Positions 25,419-32,946 of a stretch of DNA of 42,839 nt are shown here, one piece after another. The position numbers and the translations under genes were made by a program. Each line of letters begins with the position of its first letter. Position 1 is the stretch's first letter. A model generated the notes under the pieces. That model saw only the letters and a program-made list of their open reading frames with translations. It was not told the DNA's origin and made no database searches. Source of the DNA: a virus; IMG/VR virus record IMGVR_UViG_3300020815_000001; one strand, 5' to 3'.

Positions 25419-25699
25419 GACCCTTCCCCCTCTGCGGCTGGCTTGAGTGCGGCCTTGGCCAGTTTCGAAAAATACGGCTCGCCTTGCTGGCGTTCAATCT
25501 GCTGGGCGAATGCCGTGAGTCTTTCAACCCGCTGCTCTGCGACGGTCAGGCGCTGTTGCAGGGCAATCGCCAGCTTTGCGTTAAGTCCAGCCAGCTCCTG
25601 GGTGCTGGCCAGATCTTCCCGCAACGAATCCTCACTGGCTAGCGCGGATTCAAGCTCTTTCAGTAACGATTCTTCCTTGTAACGCTTAACTTCACTCAT
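25415..25699 (-). CDS. Coiled-coil early protein (94 aa)
   Basis: Internal ATG 25699 overlaps the upstream stop by 8 nt (ATGAGTGA). The longer ORF-track form would overlap the upstream gene by about 280 nt. Confidence 0.5.
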   Translation of the reverse strand: MSEVKRYKEESLLKELESALASEDSLREDLASTQELAGLNAKLAIALQQRLTVAEQRVERLTAFAQQIERQQGEPYFSKLAKAALKPAAEGEGS

Positions 25700-26570
25700 C
25701 GCCTTTACCCTCTTTGGTGGCGGATAGGGCGGCGTCCGCATCGAACATCGCGTAGTACAGCCGGTGATGGATCGCGCAGCTTGGGTCTTCGTGATCGTCG
25801 CCGCCGTGCTCTTCAACGCCGTCAATGCACCCGCTGTAGCTGCTTGCGATTTGGTAGCAGCCATGCGCAACGTCACGTAGCTTTTTGAATGCCAGCTCCA
25901 TCTTGGCCAACTGTGCGCGCAGGTTGTCGCGCTCCAGCTCGGCGTTAACTGCCCGCAAGTGCTGAGCATCTGCGGAGGCTATGCATTTGCGCTCACTCTC
26001 CCGCAACCGCTCAACCTCCCCCGCATCGGAGTGGGTGAATAGCGGAATTAGGCTTCCCTTCGGGTTTTGCGATCCGAAGGCGTAGCAGCATTCGTCACGG
26101 GTAAGCGTCGCAGCTACATCAGCCTTGATCCAAGCCACCGGCTGCGCCTCTACTTGCGGCGGAACAGGGGCGTAGTCAATCATGGCTGTATAGACGCTTG
26201 AAATGCCACTTCCTGGCTTATTGAATTCCTCAAGCCCAGCGGCAAGCTGCTCTCTTGCAGCCTCAACCGGCACCAACTTAAACCCTTCTGGCGCAACAAC
26301 CGATGTTCTCTTTAGATTATCCCCGCCATCCCACTCAAGCGATCCAGGGATAGTGAGGTGCTGTGCATCTACTTGCGGCGGAGCTGGGGCGGCCATTGAG
26401 CCGCACCGATCCAGCTCTTCCCGCAACGCATCTTCGCGCTTATAACTTGCCTCACGTTCCCTGTTCGAACGATTTACAAGCGAGTCATAAAGTCGGCCTA
26501 CCTCGGCCTCACGGGTCAGCGCGGCGTCACGCTCAGCAACCAAATCCTCGTACTTTTTAGCGATATTCAT
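25692..26570 (-). CDS. Hypothetical early protein with coiled-coil segments (292 aa)
   Basis: Long ORF, with its start sharing 1 nt with the upstream stop (TAATG). Confidence 0.55.
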   Translation of the reverse strand: MNIAKKYEDLVAERDAALTREAEVGRLYDSLVNRSNREREASYKREDALREELDRCGSMAAPAPPQVDAQHLTIPGSLEWDGGDNLKRTSVVAPEGFKLVPVEAAREQLAAGLEEFNKPGSGISSVYTAMIDYAPVPPQVEAQPVAWIKADVAATLTRDECCYAFGSQNPKGSLIPLFTHSDAGEVERLRESERKCIASADAQHLRAVNAELERDNLRAQLAKMELAFKKLRDVAHGCYQIASSYSGCIDGVEEHGGDDHEDPSCAIHHRLYYAMFDADAALSATKEGKGDE

Positions 26571-26950
26571 TATTCAGCACTCCGGGCGCTGGATTTGGAT
26601 TCGGCGCAGGCGTCAATACCCTCTAAAAGTTCTAGCTGTTCGGCTACGCACTTATTTCGATCATCCTCGCAGCTGTAACCGTTAGGGCTGTTCTGTCCGT
26701 CTCCATAACCCCATTCGTAGGCGTTAGCCAAAACTTCTTCCAGTGATATTCCGACTTCTGAGGTCTCAGCTTTTAATTTTTCGATGCAGGACTTAGCCTC
26801 AACCATGTATTCATGCATTTCCCCGGCAGCGTACAATTGCTCCGACGATCTTCCTTTCCCCCTCTCCGACTCAATTAACTCCTCAAGCCACTCTGCATGC
26901 CACAAAAGATTTTCAAGGGACTCTAGAGGATCTTTATTATATTTAGACAT
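26570..26950 (-). CDS. Acidic hypothetical early protein (126 aa)
   Basis: Start taken at ATG 26950 (MSKYNKDPLES...). The ORF-track extension runs through the structured intergenic element. Confidence 0.5.
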   Translation of the reverse strand: MSKYNKDPLESLENLLWHAEWLEELIESERGKGRSSEQLYAAGEMHEYMVEAKSCIEKLKAETSEVGISLEEVLANAYEWGYGDGQNSPNGYSCEDDRNKCVAEQLELLEGIDACAESKSSARSAE

Positions 26951-26960
26951 TCCAATCACC

Positions 26961-27077
26961 CACAAAAAAAGCGCTTTGGGGTTTACCGGTGGAACTCTGT
27001 GCAAGGCTAGGATAGACGGCAAGTCAGCCCAGCACAGAACGGTAAACTCCAAAACGCTTTGTTAGCCGTCTATCCTA
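26961..27077 (-). promoter_or_regulatory. Structured intergenic element: 13-bp perfect stem, loop-flank complementarity and a U7 tract
   Basis: TAGGATAGACGGC 27008..27020 pairs with GCCGTCTATCCTA 27065..27077 (44-nt loop). Loop CGGTAAAC 27040..27047 is complementary to GTTTACCG 26981..26988. The A7 run 26964..26970 gives U7 on the minus strand. Confidence 0.45.
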
Positions 27078-27148
27078 ATTTTGCCTAGTCGTTCCACGGA
27101 CATCAGCGGGATTGATATTGCAGCATATTCGCATGGTGCGCAAGCTGG

Positions 27149-27340
27149 TTATTTGGACAGCTCTTTTGCTTTCTTCTTTGCCCACGCCAAAACATCCGCT
27201 AGTGCGCTCTTGCTGAAGACACTGCGCTGCTTGTAGTAGTCGACCGCCTGCCTGGATACATGGAAGCAAGTCGAATCCGAAAACCCCTGCTTCTTCAGCT
27301 CTGCGCCAACGTTCTTTTCGATAAATTCATGCGGAGTCAT
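27149..27340 (-). CDS. Hypothetical early protein (63 aa)
   Basis: ATG 27340 forms an ATGA overlap with the upstream stop. Basic C-terminus. Confidence 0.5.
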   Translation of the reverse strand: MTPHEFIEKNVGAELKKQGFSDSTCFHVSRQAVDYYKQRSVFSKSALADVLAWAKKKAKELSK

Positions 27341-27537
27341 ATTTGTACCCATTTGTTTTCTGAGTCGTAGAATCCCCTGAATTCGCCAACGCTGAATATT
27401 AGCGTCCCCGGGGTGCATAGCCATGCGTGAGTTATAGGGCCTCCGTCCAGGCTATAGCGAAGCTTTCTGCATGTCAGTCGCCTGCGGCGAACCCTGTATT
27501 TTGACAGGTCGATCTTCTTTATTTTCGGGATTGCCAT
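27337..27537 (-). CDS. Hypothetical basic early protein (66 aa)
   Basis: ATG 27537 lies 1 nt after the upstream stop. An Arg-rich stretch RVRRRRL is present. Confidence 0.45.
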   Translation of the reverse strand: MAIPKIKKIDLSKYRVRRRRLTCRKLRYSLDGGPITHAWLCTPGTLIFSVGEFRGFYDSENKWVQI

Positions 27538-27538
27538 G

Positions 27539-28069
27539 TCATTCACTCTCCTCGATCAATATAGATTCTTTCCTTCCGGCATGCATTAACTTTCGCGCCA
27601 CGTTTTCGCTTATTTCATATCTGTGGAGTGGAGGGGACAGCAAAGGAATCGACTTTGCATTTCCCATCGAGTGAAGCCGCTTGATCAGAGCTTCGACAAA
27701 CTCCCCGCGATCCGATATGCAGGCCCACTCCATCAATTCAGCCATTGCCTGCATGGTGCCAGGCCGTGCCCGCATGCGGATCTCTTCAGGGCGATCTGTC
27801 TCTCCTATCGAAACCTGATACTCCAGAGTCTGAAGCGCACCGTGCCGGCCTTTCTCGTGAAGATGATGGATTGCCAAGGTGATCGCTTCGGCCCGCTCTT
27901 CGATACCTGACCACTCCATAAGCTCGCAAAGTAGGGCGCGAGTGCCAGCAACAACAGAAAGCCTTAGCTCGATCTCTTTCAATGCCTTGCGTTTCTCTGC
28001 TGACCTTGCAGAGCGCTCCTGCTGGGTCATCGGCGACTTCTTCCTTCCGATCCTGGCTACGGCGCTCAT
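27539..28069 (-). CDS. CopB/RepB-like regulatory protein with internal domain duplication
   Basis: RKKSPMTQQERSARSAEKRKALKEIELRLSV..ALLCELMEWSGIEERAEAITLAIHHLH resembles plasmid R1 CopB (..GKPMTDSEKQ..RKR..KEI..). A second copy is EIRMRARPGTMQAMAELMEWACISDRGEFVEALIKRLH. Confidence 0.5.
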   Translation of the reverse strand: MSAVARIGRKKSPMTQQERSARSAEKRKALKEIELRLSVVAGTRALLCELMEWSGIEERAEAITLAIHHLHEKGRHGALQTLEYQVSIGETDRPEEIRMRARPGTMQAMAELMEWACISDRGEFVEALIKRLHSMGNAKSIPLLSPPLHRYEISENVARKLMHAGRKESILIEESE

Positions 28070-28287
28070 AGCGATTCATCCTTGCAGATATTTTCTGCCC
28101 ATTTGGTCGGAGAGCTGCAACGTATAACCTGATTGATCACCGGCCGGCAGCGGGCGGCCACCTTATCGCGGACGTTGTGCGCGGCTGCGCGAATCGCTTC
28201 ATCAGTACCGTGAATGCGGTAGGCGAGCAGCATAATCAGAATGGCGTCCATCATGCTGTACGGGTTGGTGCGTGCTGGCAGGTTCAT
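28066..28287 (-). CDS. Hypothetical early protein (73 aa)
   Basis: ORF whose stop forms an ATGA overlap with the start of the downstream gene (28066..28069). Confidence 0.45.
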   Translation of the reverse strand: MNLPARTNPYSMMDAILIMLLAYRIHGTDEAIRAAAHNVRDKVAARCRPVINQVIRCSSPTKWAENICKDESL

Positions 28288-28359
28288 GTTTTATTCCACT
28301 CGGTGGTAGGTCAAGGTGAGATTGGCGGCGGCGTGCGGTTACTCGGGCGCTAACTCTCT

Positions 28360-28857
28360 TCACTTTTTAATAGCCACAAAAACTATTCCGTGCTGGTCAA
28401 TCAGCCGATTCATTCTGTCGGCGCCCATGCCGATTTGAGTGATAGCCTTGCTCTTACTGATCCCTATTTCTGCCAGGGCCTTGATGCGCTCTACCATTAG
28501 ACGGTCAGCCTCTGGATCGTATCGAGTCACCTTGCGGCTGTTCGGGTGCATTCCCGCTGCCTGCTTTGGCGTTATCGAGAACTTTCGGCATATTGCGGCC
28601 ACGCGCTCGTATGAAATACCCAGCTCTTTCTGGATTTCTGCCCGATTCATTTCCGGAGCAAGGGCGCGGATCTTTTCTGCGAGTTCGCGCTGCTTGATCT
28701 CTTCTTTCGAGAGGCTTGGCTCTTTTCGTGATGGCATCGGCACATACCGGAATTCTGATCCGATGACATCCACCTTCCCGCCATGTCTAAAAAACTCTGA
28801 CTTGGCGGCGTCAATACTTGCTTGGTTCTTCTGGTTGATCTGAATTTGATTGTCCAT
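28360..28857 (-). CDS. Double-HTH DNA-binding protein, paralogue B
   Basis: N-terminal F..HGGKVDVI motif followed by two HTH-like repeats (NRAEIQKELGISYERVAAICRKF; ISKSKAITQIGMGADRMNRLIDQHGI). The architecture matches the upstream gene. Confidence 0.55.
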   Translation of the reverse strand: MDNQIQINQKNQASIDAAKSEFFRHGGKVDVIGSEFRYVPMPSRKEPSLSKEEIKQRELAEKIRALAPEMNRAEIQKELGISYERVAAICRKFSITPKQAAGMHPNSRKVTRYDPEADRLMVERIKALAEIGISKSKAITQIGMGADRMNRLIDQHGIVFVAIKK

Positions 28858-29315
28858 TACTTGGCCCTACTGTTTATATTTATCCCGTGCCGCTCGGCAA
28901 TGCCGCGCAGCACTATTCTGGTTATTCCAAGAGCGAGGCATATTTTCGCCTGGCTCATCCCTTTCTTATTCAGCGCAACTATTTGCGGAACCAGCTTCAC
29001 TCTATCCGCCCAGCGTTCAGCAACGTTTGCCGCTGTGTTGGTGCTGAACATGATCCCGTGCCGCTCGGCGATCCGGTTAAGCGTCTCGGGCTTCTTGCCG
29101 ATTGCTCTGGAAGCCGCATAAACACCCTGATCAATGAAGCCACGCAATCGCTCAACAAGCTCAGGCGGATACTCCCTTGGCGGCTTCACCTCTTTTGGCT
29201 TTTTCGGGACATGGCCGCGATATGCAGCCACACCCTCAAAGCCCTTAACAACTTCGACCGTTCCGCCATTCGCCTCAAACTGGCGCATGGCCTGCTCAAG
29301 ATCGGCTGGAGTCAT
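28857..29315 (-). CDS. Double-HTH DNA-binding protein, paralogue A
   Basis: ATG 29315 forms an ATGA overlap with the exonuclease stop. N-terminal F.ANGGTVEVV motif followed by two HTH-like repeats (..AASRAIGKKPETLNRIAERHGI; MSQAKICLALGITRIVLRGIAERHGI). Confidence 0.55.
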   Translation of the reverse strand: MTPADLEQAMRQFEANGGTVEVVKGFEGVAAYRGHVPKKPKEVKPPREYPPELVERLRGFIDQGVYAASRAIGKKPETLNRIAERHGIMFSTNTAANVAERWADRVKLVPQIVALNKKGMSQAKICLALGITRIVLRGIAERHGININSRAK

Positions 29316-30097
29316 GGCGCAATCAGACCGATAGTTGAAGTGGCACGAAGCTGCTGCTCGTACTTGTCCACGATCTTTTTGAATTCCCACAGATCGGACT
29401 CAAGCTGTTCAATGTAATCGTCGTCGCGCTTGAACTCTCGCAGCCATAGCTGGCGGCCTACCGGCTTTAGCAAAGGGCAGTACATCCCGATATGCCACCA
29501 CTTGCGCCCCGTGATCCACATGCAGCCCTGAACCTGATCGATCACTTCGCTGGCATCGTTGTCGATGTGGAATGAGCGGAGCTTATCCGGCGCCAAGAAG
29601 CACTTGTACTCAGAGCCGCCATCATCGCCAATGAATCCGTCTGCGCTTGCGCCAAAGGCATCGTCATCGGTTTTAACAAGGCCTACCTGAGTAACGATGA
29701 GGCCGGTCTGAATCTCATGCTCCATCCGAGCTTCTGGCTCCATCTCATGGCCACGGCGCATCTGCCAAGTTTCAAAACCTCCGTCCAGCGGTGCGCCGCC
29801 GATCCTCTCCACGGCCAGTTCGAACGCATAGGACAATGCCGCGCTGGATGGCTCGCCAACTGATTCACCATCCAGTGCGCGACGAACCACCTCAGCTTTA
29901 GGGCCGGCCTTGTACGCGGCAAGCTCCATAGCCTTGGTCTCACCTTTGCCAGCAAGCATTGCCTCTACGTAGATAGCCTGCTGCTTGGTTAGCCCATTAA
30001 CCTTTGATCGGGCAGTAGAGAACATGCTGGCTGTGATAGCCCCTGCTCGCCCCTGCAGCCAATCGGCCGATCCTTGGGCGCAGTTAATAATCTTCAT
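29312..30097 (-). CDS. YqaJ-like (lambda Exo-type) recombination exonuclease
   Basis: The N-terminal QGSADWLQGRAGAITASMF motif is typical of YqaJ. ATGA coupled to recT. Confidence 0.8.
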   Translation of the reverse strand: MKIINCAQGSADWLQGRAGAITASMFSTARSKVNGLTKQQAIYVEAMLAGKGETKAMELAAYKAGPKAEVVRRALDGESVGEPSSAALSYAFELAVERIGGAPLDGGFETWQMRRGHEMEPEARMEHEIQTGLIVTQVGLVKTDDDAFGASADGFIGDDGGSEYKCFLAPDKLRSFHIDNDASEVIDQVQGCMWITGRKWWHIGMYCPLLKPVGRQLWLREFKRDDDYIEQLESDLWEFKKIVDKYEQQLRATSTIGLIAP

Positions 30098-31008
30098 TGC
30101 TTGGACTCCTGCTGATTCTTGAGATTTGCGCCAATCGCCCCGACTGCCGACTTAAAAGATTCATATGACGGCATGTCTTTAGCGTCGCGAATAGCTGCAG
30201 CTCCGGCCTTCCAGACTTCGGTTAGCTCTGCCTGCGTAGTTGCCGCCTCGGCTTTGGCAATCCAGATAGCAGCCAATTCAGGATTGGTTTCCGGCTCTGA
30301 GTTTGAAGGCTTGAATCCTTCGTCAGTTTCGGTATTCAGGAAGTGAATAGCCTTTTCCAGTCGATCGGTCTTCGGCCAGTATTTGTAAGCCTGCTTTACG
30401 CAGGTTTTCTTCCACATTTCACCCGGGTCAGTAACCCACGGACATAGCTTTGAGCTGTCCTTGACATAGGCCTTCCATGCTTCCGATCGGTCACGGATGG
30501 CAATCACCTCGCTGGCGCTCATGGTGTGCGTCAGGTAGTCGCCATCTGCGGTCTTGATGACCACATACACACCAACCACCAGCCCGCGATCTGCAGCGAA
30601 TGGCTTGGTCTTGTGAGTAGGCGGCTGGTCTACGCCATTCAGCTCAAAGGTGTCGTTGTCGTAAACCAGCTTTGCCTGTCCCCAGCGAACCGATCCGGTC
30701 GACATGGCCAGATCCATTAGGCCCATGTAGGAAATATCGAGACAGACCTTTCCTTTGCGCGGCACCAGATACGCTTGCTTCTTTGCAGGGTTAAAGCTAA
30801 GTCCGATAGCTGAGATGTTGGTAACTGCGTTAACCAGTGCCTGACGATTCTGCATCGCCACTTTCAGAAGGTAGTTGTTAGCTTCGATGATCTGGACTGC
30901 GAATCCCGCTTCGCGATCAAAGTTAAGCGAAGGCTCGGATTGAACTGAAACAAATGATTCGCGGCATGCGTAAATGTCATCTGTGATTACCTGAAGATCG
31001 TTGCTCAT
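30094..31008 (-). CDS. recT: RecT-family single-strand annealing protein
   Basis: AIGLSFNPAKKQAYLVPRKGKVCLDISYMGLMDLA and KQAYKYWPK motifs. Start taken at ATG 31008 (MSNDLQV...). Confidence 0.85.
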   Translation of the reverse strand: MSNDLQVITDDIYACRESFVSVQSEPSLNFDREAGFAVQIIEANNYLLKVAMQNRQALVNAVTNISAIGLSFNPAKKQAYLVPRKGKVCLDISYMGLMDLAMSTGSVRWGQAKLVYDNDTFELNGVDQPPTHKTKPFAADRGLVVGVYVVIKTADGDYLTHTMSASEVIAIRDRSEAWKAYVKDSSKLCPWVTDPGEMWKKTCVKQAYKYWPKTDRLEKAIHFLNTETDEGFKPSNSEPETNPELAAIWIAKAEAATTQAELTEVWKAGAAAIRDAKDMPSYESFKSAVGAIGANLKNQQESKQ

Positions 31009-31020
31009 TTTCTTGCGCCC

Positions 31021-31132
31021 ATAAAAAAATCGCTCTGCATATCCCTGGTGAGACTGGTGACTTGATCGGACAAAGCCGGGGAAGCTACGATCAAGAACCA
31101 ACAGGGATATGCACAACGATTTTGGCCCCGGC
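31021..31132 (-). promoter_or_regulatory. Structured recT leader: nested long hairpin, loop-flank complementarity and a U7 tract
   Basis: Outer 12-bp stem 31036..31047/31102..31113 and inner 8-bp stem 31061..31068/31088..31095. Loop GCCGGGG 31075..31081 is complementary to CCCCGGC 31126..31132. The A7 run 31023..31029 gives U7 on the minus strand. Confidence 0.5.
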
Positions 31133-31215
31133 ATTTGTCAATTTGTTTTCGCTGTCTCACGAGCTCCAACAGGGCGAACTATACGAAACAAACAGTCCGC
31201 CGTAAACCTGTAAAT

Positions 31216-31329
31216 TCATCCAGCTACACGATCAGCAAATCCGTAAAGCGTGACCACGGCAACCCAAAACAAGGTCGCGTACAGGGCGCCGCGAAGGATC
31301 GCTAGGCGGCGGAGTTGTTGGCGGTTCAC
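31216..31329 (-). CDS. Micro-ORF: 37-aa single-TM peptide
   Basis: VNRQQLRRLAILRGALYATLFWVAVVTLYGFADRVAG. GTG start with a GTGA overlap with the upstream stop. Below the ORF-track cut-off. Confidence 0.45.
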   Translation of the reverse strand: MNRQQLRRLAILRGALYATLFWVAVVTLYGFADRVAG

Positions 31330-31613
31330 GGCATTTTCCTCCAGATTTCTGCAGCGGCTCTCACAATTACCCTTCGGCATGCCTCATCAACTTTTCCGAC
31401 GAAAAGCTCCCTGATGACCGGATGCTTAATATCTGTACTCAAGTAGGCCTCGACGTATCCGCTTTCATGATTCCACTGAACATCAATCCTTAGCCTGCAC
31501 GCAAGCCTGAAAGATGATCCATCGTCATGCAGTGGCTGCCACCAAGACAGATCTTTGTCGTCTTGAAGCTGGTAGGCTTTTGCGGCTAGCGCAGTCAACT
31601 CTCGATTTTCCAT
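31326..31613 (-). CDS. Hypothetical early protein (95 aa)
   Basis: ATG 31613 shares 1 nt with the upstream stop (TGATG). Confidence 0.5.
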   Translation of the reverse strand: MENRELTALAAKAYQLQDDKDLSWWQPLHDDGSSFRLACRLRIDVQWNHESGYVEAYLSTDIKHPVIRELFVGKVDEACRRVIVRAAAEIWRKMP

Positions 31614-31789
31614 CACTTATTCCCCTTGTAAGTGCGCCCCGGATGCTGGCAGCGCTTTTGTGTGCCGCAGCACATGACAATGCGTAGGTCTGCGCCTCGT
31701 GCCATGCGAGTGGCCGTGGCGAGCTCTTCGGTGATATTGAAGCCTTGCGATTGAAGGCTGGCTACTGTGAATTGCTGGGGTTTTGTCAT
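31613..31789 (-). CDS. Micro-ORF: 58-aa Cys-containing basic protein
   Basis: MTKPQQFTVASLQSQGFNITEELATATRMARGADLRIVMCCGTQKRCQHPGRTYKGNK. ATGA overlap at its start. Below the ORF-track cut-off. Confidence 0.5.
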   Translation of the reverse strand: MTKPQQFTVASLQSQGFNITEELATATRMARGADLRIVMCCGTQKRCQHPGRTYKGNK

Positions 31790-32100
31790 GGCAGTCTCCC
31801 GGTTTCGACGAAGTGCTGCAGGATAGGAATCAGCTCAGCTACCTGATCTTGCGTTAGGTGCATGCGGGTCGACAGCAAGACCTCTTTCGGGATCGGGTAC
31901 GGAACCCAGCCACAGGTAGCATCGGTTTCCACGCCAGCAGCCTTTGCGTCTGCCCACATGATCTGAGGGTTAGCATCATCCACGCCAAGCCAGATGGCCG
32001 CCTCAGTTGCAAGGCTAGACTCTTGGATACTGCACTGATCTCCGTATCGGTCTGCGAATGCGATACATGGAAATACGCGATCTGTCTTTGTGCTAATCAT
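31786..32100 (-). CDS. Hypothetical early protein (104 aa)
   Basis: ATGA overlaps on both sides. Confidence 0.5.
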   Translation of the reverse strand: MISTKTDRVFPCIAFADRYGDQCSIQESSLATEAAIWLGVDDANPQIMWADAKAAGVETDATCGWVPYPIPKEVLLSTRMHLTQDQVAELIPILQHFVETGRLP

Positions 32101-32285
32101 GGCCTCAACTCCACTGTCCGCACGCCACCCTGAAGCGTCACAGCAATGCGGATAGGCATGGCTGATACGTTGATGTAAGCCGGAAGGCCTAGCGCCTCAT
32201 GCAGAGGCACGGAAGATCCTGAGAAGTGATGAATCGACTCTTCGATCTGCTCATCGATTAGCGATTTCACCATTGGCGTTGTCAT
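32097..32285 (-). CDS. Hypothetical early protein (62 aa)
   Basis: ATG 32285 forms an ATGA overlap with the upstream micro-ORF stop. Confidence 0.5.
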   Translation of the reverse strand: MTTPMVKSLIDEQIEESIHHFSGSSVPLHEALGLPAYINVSAMPIRIAVTLQGGVRTVELRP

Positions 32286-32422
32286 GCTTTCACCTCGTAA
32301 GCGACAGTCCATTCACCACACAAACAAGCGCGGCGGCTCCATGCGTGGACGTTTTCGATACCAGCGTCGTAAGCCATTGATAGCGCTCCGAGCCAGGTTG
32401 AAGCTGTGAATGCTAGAGTCAT
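32282..32422 (-). CDS. Micro-ORF: 46-aa protein
   Basis: MTLAFTASTWLGALSMAYDAGIENVHAWSRRACLCGEWTVAYEVKA. ATGA overlaps at both ends fill an otherwise empty 106-nt gap. Confidence 0.5.
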   Translation of the reverse strand: MTLAFTASTWLGALSMAYDAGIENVHAWSRRACLCGEWTVAYEVKA

Positions 32423-32946
32423 TTTTCCACCTGCTTGGCATAGCCTGCGTCAATCATTGCTTCGATCACAGATAGCGCTGCTCCTCCGCCCGGAATGTCA
32501 TTATTGAAACGATCAAGTGTTTTCGAGATCGAAGTACATGCATTTCGGATTTTGTGCTCGCGCTCATCCGCCGCGATCTGCTCGGCGGTTCGCACCGGCC
32601 GCAAAAAAGCCATATGTCGGCAAGTTTTCGGATGCTCTTCCCCTAAGACTCGATACCAAGTATCAGAGCCGTCTCGACCAAGGATTTTAACTTTTACTCT
32701 GCCAGCAGCAGTTGGGAACCATTCACACTCTATGCCAACGGGAGGATCCCCCTCACCATCCCACTCGACGACCTTCGTAGCCTTCAGATCAATAACTTCA
32801 TCCTTGATATGCGTGTAAAGGTGCGTACAAGGCGATTTAACGATTACCCAGTCGCCGCCTGCATATTGCCGCCAATAACCGCCGAGCAGCATTCTATAAG
32901 TGCCATCTGGAGCAGTATGCGTTGCACCCTCTGGAATGTTTTTCAT
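32419..32946 (-). CDS. Hypothetical early protein sharing a C-terminal domain with 39887..40459
   Basis: VVEWDGEGDPPVGIECEW...FLRPVRTAEQIAADEREHKIRN...IDAGYAKQVEK aligns with VVEWDGKGMPPVGVDCEY...FRPIRTPEQITADAREKAVRE...YDAGRKQVAK. Confidence 0.55.
   Translation of the reverse strand: MKNIPEGATHTAPDGTYRMLLGGYWRQYAGGDWVIVKSPCTHLYTHIKDEVIDLKATKVVEWDGEGDPPVGIECEWFPTAAGRVKVKILGRDGSDTWYRVLGEEHPKTCRHMAFLRPVRTAEQIAADEREHKIRNACTSISKTLDRFNNDIPGGGAALSVIEAMIDAGYAKQVEK

Noticed and set aside
25700-25969. Long form of ORF 25415..25969
   Set aside because: The N-terminal 90 aa (Thr/Ala/Ser/Trp-rich) overlap the 292-aa gene. The internal ATG at 25699 gives an 8-nt coupled overlap.
31009-31134. 42-codon N-terminal extension of RecT (ATG 31134)
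   Set aside because: The extension (MPGPKSLCISLLVLDRSF...) runs through the nested hairpin and U-tract and does not resemble RecT N-termini. The RecT-like sequence starts at MSNDLQV (31008).
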